Source of the DNA: an uncultured bacterium | GTDB taxonomy: Bacteria > Patescibacteriota > Patescibacteriia > Patescibacteriales > UBA12465 | DNA length: 64,000 bases | Reading direction: 5' to 3' | Assembly (NCBI GenBank): GCA_942492765.1 | Contig: OW818634.1 | Coordinates: 409,159 to 473,158, forward strand | Shown here: in pieces, positions 16,723-25,858 of the stretch | How positions within the stretch are numbered: the stretch's first letter is position 1 | Layout of the letters: every line of letters starts with the position of its first letter | Notes under the pieces: generated by a model | What the model saw: the letters and a program-made list of their open reading frames with translations, nothing else | The model's database searches: none | What the model was told of the DNA's origin: nothing | Made by a program: the position numbers and the translations under genes

Positions 16723-17874
16723 TTATTTTATCGCCTTTTTCAATTCTGCGACCTTATCGGTCTTTTCCCATCTGAATTCTCCTCGGCCGAAATGGCCGTA
16801 AGCCGCGGTCTTCAAGAAGACCGGCTTTCTTAGCTCCAGATGATCAATAATCGCTTTCGGGCGGAAATCAAAAACTTTATTAATTGCTTTTAGGATATCT
16901 TCTTCCGCATATTTATTCGTGCCAAAAGTATCGATATAGATACCGACCGGCTTAGCGACGCCGATAGCATAAGCGACCTGGACCTCGCATTTATCGGCTA
17001 ATCCAGCCGCAACGACGTTCTTAGCCGCATAGCGAGCCATATAAGCGCCGGAGCGGTCGACTTTGGACGAATCCTTGCCCGAGAAGCAGCCGCCGCCATG
17101 ACGCGCGACGCCGCCATAGGTATCGACGATAATCTTGCGGCCAGTCAGACCGGTATCGGCCGCCGGACCGCCGAAAGTAAAGGCGCCAGTAGAATTGATA
17201 TAGACTTTAGTCTTCTTGTCCATTAATTTGCCTAAAACCGGCTTAATGACTTTCGCTAAAATATCGGCACGGACCTTAGAAAGCTTAGCCTTCTCGCTAT
17301 GGCAAGCGGCGATAACGACAGTTTCGACACGCTTAGCAATGCCGTCATGATATTCGACGGTCACCTGGCTTTTTCCATCCGGTCTTAAATAAGGCAGGGT
17401 TTTATTCTTACGGACTTCAGCTAATCTAAAAGTTAATTTATGAGCTAAGGTTATCGGCAAGGGCATGAGCTCCTTAGTCTCGTTAGTCGCGAAGCCGTAC
17501 ATCAAGCCCTGATCGCCGGCTCCCTGCTCCTTGAATTCGCCCGCGCCCTCATCAACGCCTTGAGCGATTTCCGCGCTCTGCGCATGGAGAGATGACATGA
17601 TACCAACGCTATCGCAATCAAAGCCGGATTCAGCGCCGTTATAGCCGATGCTCTTTAAAACCTTCCGGACAATATCGTCAACTTGGATATATTCTTTAGT
17701 TCTAACTTCCCCGCCGACGACAATCATACCGTTAGTAGCGAATGATTCCACGGCCGCATGGCTAGCCGGATCTCTCTTTAACATCTCGTCCAGGATACCA
17801 TCTGAAATTTGATCGCAGACCTTGTCCGGATGTCCTTCGGTAACAGATTCCGAAGTGATTAATTTTATGTTCAT
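16723..17874 (-). CDS. metK: S-adenosylmethionine synthetase
   Basis: Contains TSESVTEGHPDKVCDQISD, GAGDQG and GGGCFSGKD motifs. Confidence 0.95.
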   Translation of the reverse strand: MNIKLITSESVTEGHPDKVCDQISDGILDEMLKRDPASHAAVESFATNGMIVVGGEVRTKEYIQVDDIVRKVLKSIGYNGAESGFDCDSVGIMSSLHAQSAEIAQGVDEGAGEFKEQGAGDQGLMYGFATNETKELMPLPITLAHKLTFRLAEVRKNKTLPYLRPDGKSQVTVEYHDGIAKRVETVVIAACHSEKAKLSKVRADILAKVIKPVLGKLMDKKTKVYINSTGAFTFGGPAADTGLTGRKIIVDTYGGVARHGGGCFSGKDSSKVDRSGAYMARYAAKNVVAAGLADKCEVQVAYAIGVAKPVGIYIDTFGTNKYAEEDILKAINKVFDFRPKAIIDHLELRKPVFLKTAAYGHFGRGEFRWEKTDKVAELKKAIK

Positions 17875-17931
17875 ATTTTTTGTTCCGCTGTGGTAACGGA
17901 GATAATTAAGTTATGTCCTGCTATCGAATCT

Positions 17932-19188
17932 TTAAGTCCCTGATTCCCAAGAAGACAGATAAGCGGCTTGTTCCGCGGTCAATTTATCTATCTTGATGCC
18001 TAATGACTTCAACTTCATCATAGCTACCTTCTTTTCTATTTTCTCAGAAACATTATGAACCTTGACTTCTAATTTTCCAGCGCTCTTAGCGACGTACTCA
18101 GCCGCTAAGGCCTGGGTAGAAAAACTCATATCCATAACGCTAGACGGATGACCTTCGGCAGCCGCTAAATTAATGAGGCGGCCCTGACCGAGAACATAGA
18201 CGCGTCTCTTCCCTAAGATATACTCATCAACATTATTATTGACGTTATAATTTACCTTATTAGCCAATTTTTTCAAAGCCGGAATATTTATTTCCACGTC
18301 GAAATGGCCGGAATTACAGACCATGGCTCCGTCTTTCATAACCTTGAAGTGTTCCTTGTCGACAACCTTGAGGTCGCCAGTGATAGTGCAGAAGACGTCG
18401 CCGACTTTAGCCGCTTCTTTCATCGGCAGTACTCCGAATCCGTCCATCGCTGCTTCTAAAGCTTTAATCTCGTCGACTTCAGTCACGATAACTTGAGCGC
18501 CCATACCTCTGGCGCGCATTGCAAAGCCGCGGCCGCACCAGCCGTAACCGGCTACCACGAAGACTTTACCAGCGACCAATAAGCCAGTCGCACGGATGAT
18601 GCCGTCGAGAGTCGATTGTCCGGTGCCATAGCGGTTATCGAACATGTTCTTGGTCTTAGCGTCATTAACGGCGATGACCGGCAATAATAATTTCTTATCA
18701 GCGGCCAAAGCGCGCAAGCGAATAACTCCGGTCGTCGTTTCTTCCATGCTGCCCAAGATATCCTTAACCTGATGCTTATATTTATTATGCAAGAGAGAGA
18801 TCAGATCGGCGCCATCATCCATCGTGATATTCGGGCGATTCTGCAGAGCCTGATTCAAATGAGAATAATAAGTCTTAGTGTCTTCGCCATGGATAGCTAA
18901 GACCTTGATGCCATGGTTCTTCACTAAAGCCGCGGCGATATCGTCTTGCGTCGATAGCGGATTAGAGGCTACTAAAGTAATATCCGCTCCGCCAGCTTGG
19001 AGAGCCAGCATTAAGTTAGCTGTTTCCGCGGTTACATGCATGCAAGCCGAAACCCGCTTGCCCTTGAATGGCTTAGTTTTCTTAAAATCGGCCTTAATGA
19101 TTTCTAAAACCGGCATATCGCGACTAGCCCAAGCCAAACGCTTTTCGCCGCTAGCGGCTAGATTCATGTCCTTTACGTGGTGAGTCAT
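17932..19188 (-). CDS. ahcY: Adenosylhomocysteinase
   Basis: Contains DDGADL and the NAD-binding GYGWCGRG. Overall SAH-hydrolase pattern. Confidence 0.95.
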   Translation of the reverse strand: MTHHVKDMNLAASGEKRLAWASRDMPVLEIIKADFKKTKPFKGKRVSACMHVTAETANLMLALQAGGADITLVASNPLSTQDDIAAALVKNHGIKVLAIHGEDTKTYYSHLNQALQNRPNITMDDGADLISLLHNKYKHQVKDILGSMEETTTGVIRLRALAADKKLLLPVIAVNDAKTKNMFDNRYGTGQSTLDGIIRATGLLVAGKVFVVAGYGWCGRGFAMRARGMGAQVIVTEVDEIKALEAAMDGFGVLPMKEAAKVGDVFCTITGDLKVVDKEHFKVMKDGAMVCNSGHFDVEINIPALKKLANKVNYNVNNNVDEYILGKRRVYVLGQGRLINLAAAEGHPSSVMDMSFSTQALAAEYVAKSAGKLEVKVHNVSEKIEKKVAMMKLKSLGIKIDKLTAEQAAYLSSWESGT

Positions 19189-19217
19189 ATTTATTTAAAA
19201 TATTTTTAAGCTCTTAT

Positions 19218-20174
19218 TTATATCTTCAGACTTTCCTTATAATTCTCCTGATACCTTTTCTTAAGTTCCGCCAGACTGAAGCGATGCGTCTGGGTGCCAT
19301 ATTTCTCAACCGTATAAACCGCCACTAACCCGGCTAATTGGCCGCAAGCCTTTAGATTATAGCCCTTTATCAGGCCTTTGATAAGGCCGGCGCGATAGGC
19401 GTCGCCGGCGCCGGTCGGGTCCGAGGTATTCTTCGGTTTTGCCGGTTTAATCACTACCTTCTCCTGGCCTTGATATATTTCCGATCCCTTGCCACCCTTA
19501 GTTATTACTAATATCTCGACTAGTTTTACCAGCTGCGCCAAAGTTATCTTCATCTTATCGGCCATCAGTTTTATTTCATAATCATTGCCGATAAGCACCT
19601 TCGCACCACTGACAGCTTTCTTAAGTTCCGCGTCCGAAAAGGCAATTAAGGCTTGGCCCGGATCAAAGATATACGGGACATGATGCTTCTGATAGGCGAA
19701 CGCATAGTCTAACATCCGCTGCTTATCATCAGCGGCAATGATAGCCAGATCAATCTCCTTAAAATTACAGGCGCGGCGCGCATAATCTTTCGGTCGCGCT
19801 CCAGGATAAAACGCAGCGATCTGATTGTCAGCTTGATCGGTAATGATATAAGCCGTTGCCGTCCTGTCGGTCGAAACGGTCCTGACCCGGCTGATATCAG
19901 CTCCGCCCTTTTCTAGCCATTTACGATAATCGCCAAAATCAAAACCGGCTACCCCTAGGATAATCGGTTTCTCTTTCAGAAGAGCCAGGCTATAAGCGAT
20001 ATTTCCGGCCGTGCCACCGAAGCTGCGGCGCAAGCCGCTGAGGAAGAAGCTTAAATTCAAATTGTGGATTTCTTTAGGCAGGATATGGTCTGAGAAACGT
20101 CCGGGAAAATCCATGATCTGGTCGTAAGCGAGCGATCCGGAAACAGCTATTTTTAATCTTTTATTTTTTAACAT
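19218..20174 (-). CDS. PfkB-family sugar/nucleoside kinase, plausibly adenosine kinase given the metK-ahcY context
   Basis: DPTGAGDAYRAG signature near the C-terminus and GGTAGN near the N-terminus. Confidence 0.8.
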   Translation of the reverse strand: MLKNKRLKIAVSGSLAYDQIMDFPGRFSDHILPKEIHNLNLSFFLSGLRRSFGGTAGNIAYSLALLKEKPIILGVAGFDFGDYRKWLEKGGADISRVRTVSTDRTATAYIITDQADNQIAAFYPGARPKDYARRACNFKEIDLAIIAADDKQRMLDYAFAYQKHHVPYIFDPGQALIAFSDAELKKAVSGAKVLIGNDYEIKLMADKMKITLAQLVKLVEILVITKGGKGSEIYQGQEKVVIKPAKPKNTSDPTGAGDAYRAGLIKGLIKGYNLKACGQLAGLVAVYTVEKYGTQTHRFSLAELKKRYQENYKESLKI

Positions 20175-21126
20175 CTGCTTTCTGGGATTTTTTAAGTTCT
20201 GATCTCTTGAAACGGCTGATCTCTTGCGATATTGCCTTATGTTCTAAACTGGATTCGGAATAATTTTTCAGAATGCTTTCTAGTTCTGCTAAAGTTGTAG
20301 AAGGCGGCGTTACTAGAACGGGTTGAGGAATGACTGCAGAGGGCTGAGCCGGAGCAGGCGCGATTGAAGTCTTGTCTTCTATAACCGGCTCTTCTCCCAC
20401 CAGCTGCATCGCTGCTGCGATATTCTGATTTTCTGGGACTTCCTCCATGATGCCTTTACGGAAGATATAAAGCTTCCCTTTTATCAGTATTGGCGGCTCT
20501 TCCTCAAATCCTTCCGGAGTATCAGAGGCAAGGTTCAAACGATCATAGAAATTAAACAAGGCTAGGAGGTTATTGTATTCAGCTGGACTGACCTGTTTAT
20601 CGTTCTTTAGGGCGACTAGATATTGCGTCTTGGCCAGCTTATCAGAACTGTCCAGACCGACTTTAGCGACATAATTTTTCAGCCAATCCTTAATCAGCTT
20701 AGTATCATGATTAGCAACTATCTTTTCGCTATTCTCGACCAGGACGCGGCGCAGATCTTCTTTCAGCTTATTCCTTTCCTCAACGACTATGATATTTAAG
20801 AGTTTTGCCTCGATCTTCTGCAATAGGTCATAATTATCTATCTTGAATTGGAAGCAGAAATTATTCTTGATTAAGTCGACGACCTCATTATTTTCTAAAA
20901 GCGGCAAACCGATGAACTTCAGCTTCCGCATTGTCTCTTCGTAAAAAGACAATAGCTGCGGCTTTAATTTCAACTCCGCCATATTATCGCTAGCGGCCTT
21001 AAAAAGCACCGAAGTCAATTCCTTGGCCTTAGCATATTCATCATGCAAGACGATATAATCGACGACTTCTCTCAGGGAGTCGGCATAACTATTGTCTAAT
21101 ATTCTTTTGGATTCTTCATTAGCCAT
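20161..21126 (-). CDS. Hypothetical protein
   Basis: 321-aa ORF overlapping the PfkB gene start by 14 nt. No recognisable motif. Confidence 0.6.
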   Translation of the reverse strand: MANEESKRILDNSYADSLREVVDYIVLHDEYAKAKELTSVLFKAASDNMAELKLKPQLLSFYEETMRKLKFIGLPLLENNEVVDLIKNNFCFQFKIDNYDLLQKIEAKLLNIIVVEERNKLKEDLRRVLVENSEKIVANHDTKLIKDWLKNYVAKVGLDSSDKLAKTQYLVALKNDKQVSPAEYNNLLALFNFYDRLNLASDTPEGFEEEPPILIKGKLYIFRKGIMEEVPENQNIAAAMQLVGEEPVIEDKTSIAPAPAQPSAVIPQPVLVTPPSTTLAELESILKNYSESSLEHKAISQEISRFKRSELKKSQKADVKK

Positions 21127-21152
21127 ATATCAATGAAACGGGAATAATAAAA

Positions 21153-23777
21153 TTAAGGCATCTTTTTTCCTATGCTGGTCGCCTGCGCGTATTTTTCTTC
21201 AAAGTTTTTTGAATCTTTTAATTGGCCGAGGCGCCATTCCAATTTCTCAAACAAAGTTAGCTGGTCTTTGCCTATCTTATTAGTATCAAATAATTTCTTC
21301 AAATCAGGGTTATCTTTGATTGCATCATAAACATATTTAGCGGCGCTCTCATTCATGGTTTCTATATTCTTATGGCCCGCTTCGTTATCAATACTCTTTA
21401 ATTTAATGACGCCGCCTGCGTCAAGATTAAATTTCCCTGTCTTATCATGATATCCATAAGACAGGCGATTATTATTTCTAATGAAGGCCTGAAGCTGCTG
21501 CTTGCCGGTTTCAATATCACGAATTTCATGATGTTCTTTGTCCGAAGTTTCTTTCCATTGTCCATCCACCATCTTATAAGCCGCGGTTGCGCCCCAATGA
21601 TTAGTATTCTTATTCAATTCCGCAATCTGGCTGCCTAAGCCGAAAGCTTCCTGCTGATTAAAGCCGGCGTAATTCTCAGAATTCTTGTCAGAGAGATCGC
21701 GCATCATCTTCTTCAAGCCGACATGATCAGTCCGGCCGCTGAAACGCTTCAAAAATTCATTATCATTAGCTTCTTTCGTCATCTTCAAAGCGATAGCCTT
21801 GACCATGGTCTTATCTTTCGCCTTGATAGCGTCATCCATGATGCGCAATAATTCAGAAACATCAGTAACATCCTTAATCTTAGATGCCTCGGAAGAAACG
21901 GCTTTCTGTTCGGCCGCACGGGCTTCAAAACTATATTCAGGAATATTGCTTTCGATCTTATGTTCCGCTCTTTTCTGAGCCATCTCGGCTTCTTTGGCCG
22001 CCACTTCCTTATCTGTCAGATCCTTCTTAGAGAAAGCCTTGCCATAATTCTGATTCATAAAGGCTTGCTGTGCCTGAATGTCCTTGCCTTTCGCCTGAGC
22101 TACTTTAATTTCAGCTTGACTCGTCTGCTTCTGCTTCTCCCACTCCGCTATCTTCTTCTCATCGACTAAACGAGGATCGCGGCTACGCTCGCTCTTGATA
22201 TTCTGATCAATATTCTTTATCTTATCATTTTCAGCCTTGATAGTATCAAATACGACCGTCTTCTCATTCTGCGCTTTTATTCTCATATCATCACGCTTCG
22301 AAGGATCAGCGCTCATGTATGCTAATTCGTCTTGACGCATCCTAGCCTCCTTTTCAGCCTGCACTTTCTCCTGTTCGCCTTCTCCTTGCAAGCGCGACAT
22401 CATCCGCCCGCCCTTAAGCCTCTTGCCGACGCCTTTCCAGGAAGTCATCTGCTCCCAAGCATCGGCAGAATTTCCGGTCATGGCTAAAATGCCATGAACT
22501 CGGCCGCCAGTTTCCATTGCTTCTCTAGCTGCTAATTGGCCGGTAGTATAGCGCTTCTCTTCGAGTTCTTTGCGTTTTTCTTGAACACCCTTCCAGGCTC
22601 TCTTAAGATTCAGATCGACGCCGGTTTTCTCATGGAGCTTGCTGACTCCATATTCCATCGCGGTTCCTGCTCCGGCCTTAAGGCCCTTAAGGGGCAAAAG
22701 CGCTGCTCCAGTAACTGCTCCGGTCGCGAAACCGGCTCCTTTTTGTATGGCCGCCATTCCCTTCCCAGCCATACTGCCAGCCGCTCCACCGATACTCTGA
22801 GAGACTTTCAATCCGCCCAAAAGCATGCCAATGGCAATAACGAACTGGATAAGGGACGCGGGCGTAGAGGCCTTAGTGGCGGCTACGGCAGCCGCTCCAG
22901 AACCATTGGTCACCGGTCCGGTATTCGAAATCTCCTCCGCCGCCGAAGTGTTAGCGGAGTCCATCTGCTTATAAGTTTGAAGAGAAGCGAATGAAAGCCA
23001 GATGAAAAAAGCTAAAACCGGACCGACAATAAGATTTTTCGTAAATTCGCTCCACCACTCTGAAGAATATTTTTGTCCACCCGGGAAAGCCGATAATAAA
23101 TAGGCGGCCGGCGATAAGACGACATAGATCCAGATCATAACTAGGCGCATCACAAGCATCATCATCATCGTCACGATGACGACGACAGCGACTAGAAGAT
23201 ATATGATGCCTAAAACATAGGCGCCGACGACTGTCCATAGGCTCATGGTACTGTCTTCCTTGGCCAGGGTCACGATATTACTCAGCCCTAAGATGTCGGT
23301 CAAATTCGCGCCGCCGACGTCTTTAAAGGCGTTGACAAAAGTCAGCATGACAACCTGCGCGGCATCAATCATCAGACCGCAGATAGTCTTAGAGAAATTA
23401 ATAAGCACCGCCATCAATATCAATTTAGGCAGCCATTTCTTATAACTATAATTCTCTAAATGCAGAATAGTCCCGAAGGCTATGATGAGCAGGATAACTA
23501 CGAAGAACATATTGCAGATATCGCGCACTATCACCCAGCCGAGCCTGACAGCATCGGAACCGATGAAATTCTGATATCCGGCGATAAGGATCAAGCCCTT
23601 GATCACTAAAACTAAAATAACTCCTAACGCCCAGATGAATACTCCGAGAATGCCGCTAACGACACTGACCGCCCAATCCGGAGCCGCAAAGACGTTATGA
23701 CCGAATAAAAAAATTCCGATTACGGCTATAAGCGGCAGAATGACTGATAAAGTTTTTTTACTATTAATTGATTTCAT
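21153..23777 (-). CDS. Large polytopic membrane protein with a Lys/Glu-rich coiled-coil C-terminal half. It may be a VirB6/TrbL-like channel component, but that function is weakly supported.
   Basis: 874 aa with a signal-like N-terminus, many TM segments over roughly the first 330 aa, a Gly/Ala-rich stretch and then a charged helical region. Confidence 0.7.
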   Translation of the reverse strand: MKSINSKKTLSVILPLIAVIGIFLFGHNVFAAPDWAVSVVSGILGVFIWALGVILVLVIKGLILIAGYQNFIGSDAVRLGWVIVRDICNMFFVVILLIIAFGTILHLENYSYKKWLPKLILMAVLINFSKTICGLMIDAAQVVMLTFVNAFKDVGGANLTDILGLSNIVTLAKEDSTMSLWTVVGAYVLGIIYLLVAVVVIVTMMMMLVMRLVMIWIYVVLSPAAYLLSAFPGGQKYSSEWWSEFTKNLIVGPVLAFFIWLSFASLQTYKQMDSANTSAAEEISNTGPVTNGSGAAAVAATKASTPASLIQFVIAIGMLLGGLKVSQSIGGAAGSMAGKGMAAIQKGAGFATGAVTGAALLPLKGLKAGAGTAMEYGVSKLHEKTGVDLNLKRAWKGVQEKRKELEEKRYTTGQLAAREAMETGGRVHGILAMTGNSADAWEQMTSWKGVGKRLKGGRMMSRLQGEGEQEKVQAEKEARMRQDELAYMSADPSKRDDMRIKAQNEKTVVFDTIKAENDKIKNIDQNIKSERSRDPRLVDEKKIAEWEKQKQTSQAEIKVAQAKGKDIQAQQAFMNQNYGKAFSKKDLTDKEVAAKEAEMAQKRAEHKIESNIPEYSFEARAAEQKAVSSEASKIKDVTDVSELLRIMDDAIKAKDKTMVKAIALKMTKEANDNEFLKRFSGRTDHVGLKKMMRDLSDKNSENYAGFNQQEAFGLGSQIAELNKNTNHWGATAAYKMVDGQWKETSDKEHHEIRDIETGKQQLQAFIRNNNRLSYGYHDKTGKFNLDAGGVIKLKSIDNEAGHKNIETMNESAAKYVYDAIKDNPDLKKLFDTNKIGKDQLTLFEKLEWRLGQLKDSKNFEEKYAQATSIGKKMP

Positions 23778-23778
23778 G

Positions 23779-24402
23779 TTAATTGCTAATACCTGCGATT
23801 GCGCCCCAGATAGCTCCCAACGAAGCTTTAAGAGCTTCGAGCGGACTGGTAATAGCTCCGACTATCATGGCAATAACGGAACCCACGGCTATGATTACAA
23901 AGAGGCATCCCAAATCGCAACCGGCCAAGAGACAGCATTCATTCGAAGCCTTGACTGGCGGCTTTGCTCCCGCAGCCGCTCCAGTTGCTCCGGCGGCGCT
24001 GCCAGGAATCATGCTCGCCCATTCTTCTCCTAATTTACAGAACAATCTTTCCCCTAAAACATAACTTAAAAAAACATGAATATTTACCCAAATCAGAGTA
24101 AGCCCCCAGCTAGGAATCAGATTCAGCCATGATTGCTGTAATAGTCTCGAAGTTCCGAGACTCAATGGCGAAGCGCCGGCCTCTCCGGCAGCTTCTTCTA
24201 CGCCAATGGATTTAGCCGCCTCCTTCTTCTTTTCGGCCAGAACCGCTTCGCGTAATGACATGGCGCTCTGACTGCCAGCCCCGTCTTGGGCGCCAGCTCG
24301 CTGTGCCTCTCTTAAGCCGCCGGCTCTATCGGATGCCCCGGATAATTCATCAGTTTCGGCCGCTTCTTGTTTTTTCGCTAATAACTGTTCATCAAGATTC
24401 AT
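23779..24402 (-). CDS. Hypothetical membrane protein (Ala/Glu-rich N-terminus, TM C-terminus with a Cys cluster)
   Basis: 207-aa ORF whose stop lies 1 nt from the start of the 874-aa gene. Contains CCLLAGCDLGC inside a hydrophobic segment. Confidence 0.55.
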   Translation of the reverse strand: MNLDEQLLAKKQEAAETDELSGASDRAGGLREAQRAGAQDGAGSQSAMSLREAVLAEKKKEAAKSIGVEEAAGEAGASPLSLGTSRLLQQSWLNLIPSWGLTLIWVNIHVFLSYVLGERLFCKLGEEWASMIPGSAAGATGAAAGAKPPVKASNECCLLAGCDLGCLFVIIAVGSVIAMIVGAITSPLEALKASLGAIWGAIAGISN

Positions 24403-24464
24403 AAGCCTGCCTTATATGCTTTATCTTTCCTTTAATTATATACCATTTGCAACGTTTTTGACAG

Positions 24465-24496
24465 CCTATTTTCGAGCCTATTTTTCACCCTATTTT
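24465..24496. repeat. Three direct CCTATTTT repeats with a 12-nt period in a promoter region
   Basis: CCTATTTT at 24465, 24477 and 24489, plus an inverted near-copy AAAATAGC at 24527-24534. Confidence 0.5.
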
Positions 24497-24543
24497 TAAG
24501 GTTGCCTAATGCTATTATTTTACTATAAAATAGCCGCAAAGGC

Positions 24544-24582
24544 AAAGAAAAAAGGCTTATCAATTTAGATAAGCCTTTTAAA
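24544..24582 (-). terminator. Rho-independent terminator of lipoprotein cassette A
   Basis: AAAGGCTTATC (24551-24561) pairs with GATAAGCCTTT (24568-24578). A U-run follows on the minus strand. Confidence 0.65.
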
Positions 24583-24617
24583 AGTACGGTACGGTTCTAA
24601 GAATCATGAGGGGAATG

Positions 24618-25046
24618 TTATCTTAGAGTCACATCAAAGTGATAAGTATAAGTCTTATTCTTCTCTATAACAATCCAATCTAGTCGTGGTGTCCACAAAA
24701 TGTCCATATTTCGACCATACGAGGTTTGAGTATCTGGAATATGAACTACCACCCAAGGACTCACCATCATCTTTGAGCCTATAATAGTTTTTGCAGCCTC
24801 TCCTCTAAATACTTTTCTCGAACCTGGCGTGAAATCGACTTGTTCTGCCCAGGCGAATGATACGAGCGTAATAAGATTTTTTTGTACTTCATACTCCGGT
24901 CTTATCGGAGTCACGATAGTACTAGTTACTATGAAAACCACACTATCTTCTTTAGAGTTCGGGGGCTCATTGAATGGATCATCATTCTTGCTGCAGCTTG
25001 CTATGACTATCATAGCAACGGCTAAAAGAAATAACATTTTCTTCAT
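24618..25046 (-). CDS. Lipoprotein, paralog A
   Basis: Signal peptide with lipobox (VIASC). Shares EDSVVFIVT and IEKNKTYTYHFDVT with paralog B. Confidence 0.7.
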   Translation of the reverse strand: MKKMLFLLAVAMIVIASCSKNDDPFNEPPNSKEDSVVFIVTSTIVTPIRPEYEVQKNLITLVSFAWAEQVDFTPGSRKVFRGEAAKTIIGSKMMVSPWVVVHIPDTQTSYGRNMDILWTPRLDWIVIEKNKTYTYHFDVTLR

Positions 25047-25103
25047 GATTTCTTATGTTTTTATTTTAAGGTTCTTTTTATCTTTAGCAATTTTATTATA
25101 AAT

Positions 25104-25132
25104 ATGATATAATATTATTAACATTTTGTCAA
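25104..25132 (-). promoter_or_regulatory. Sigma70-type promoter TTGACA-N17-TATCAT for lipoprotein A
   Basis: Minus strand reads TTGACA (25132-25127), a 17-nt spacer, then TATCAT (25109-25104). Confidence 0.55.
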
Positions 25133-25218
25133 CTAACTTACAACAATTTAACACTTTTTGATGTTGTGTCAAATACTGTATTTTTCGCCAACTATCTTCA
25201 ACCGCAAAATCCAAAGTA

Positions 25219-25256
25219 AAGAAAAAAGGCTTATCAATTTAAATAAGCCTTTTAAA
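25219..25256 (-). terminator. Rho-independent terminator of lipoprotein cassette B
   Basis: AAAGGCTTAT (25225-25234) pairs with ATAAGCCTTT (25243-25252). It is near-identical to the cassette A terminator. Confidence 0.65.
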
Positions 25257-25300
25257 AGTACGAGTCAGTTCTAATCATAAGAAGAATGTTTAGCGACATA

Positions 25301-25744
25301 CTACACTGGCACAAAAGTTACATCAAAGTGGTAGGTGTATGTCTTATTCTTCTCAATAACTACGGAAACTGGAGCGGGAGAATACGTGGTTTCGAACACG
25401 GGACTAGGCAAGGTCGATGACCACATCCGGTAAATATGTACCGAGGAGCAAACAATTACCTCTTTTCCTATGATGGCTCTAGCTTCCTCTCCTTTGAATA
25501 CCTTTCTAGTTCCTGGAGCAAACTCATATAATGCGCTTGACCAGGTATTTAACCAAATTCCGACGGAATTTTTTTCGGTTAAATACTCTGATTTCCAGGG
25601 AGTCAGAATACTAGTGGTGACGATGAAGACTACACTGTCTTCTTTGGGTGTGACGGGTTCTTCGTTAAAAGAATCCTCCGACTTGCTGCAGCTCGCCATG
25701 AATATCATCATGACAGTAGCTAAGAAAAATAACATCTTTCTCAT
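25301..25744 (-). CDS. Lipoprotein, paralog B
   Basis: Signal peptide with lipobox (FMASC). The N- and C-terminal segments are conserved with paralog A and the middle is divergent. Confidence 0.7.
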   Translation of the reverse strand: MRKMLFFLATVMMIFMASCSKSEDSFNEEPVTPKEDSVVFIVTTSILTPWKSEYLTEKNSVGIWLNTWSSALYEFAPGTRKVFKGEEARAIIGKEVIVCSSVHIYRMWSSTLPSPVFETTYSPAPVSVVIEKNKTYTYHFDVTFVPV

Positions 25745-25802
25745 GATTTTATGTTTTTAAGGTTCTTGTTGTCTTTTTTATCCTCTGTAATTAACTATAG
25801 AT

Positions 25803-25831
25803 AGTATATAACATTATCAAGGTTTTGTCAA
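25803..25831 (-). promoter_or_regulatory. Sigma70-type promoter TTGACA-N17-TATACT for lipoprotein B
   Basis: Minus strand reads TTGACA (25831-25826), a 17-nt spacer, then TATACT (25808-25803). Confidence 0.55.
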
Positions 25832-25858
25832 GCAAGTTATCAACAGGCTAGAATATGC

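Noticed and set aside
16723-20174. metK-ahcY-PfkB kinase cluster as a special system
   Set aside because: This is a coherent but ordinary activated-methyl-cycle and adenosine-salvage grouping. I could see no riboswitch-length leader or unusual domain.
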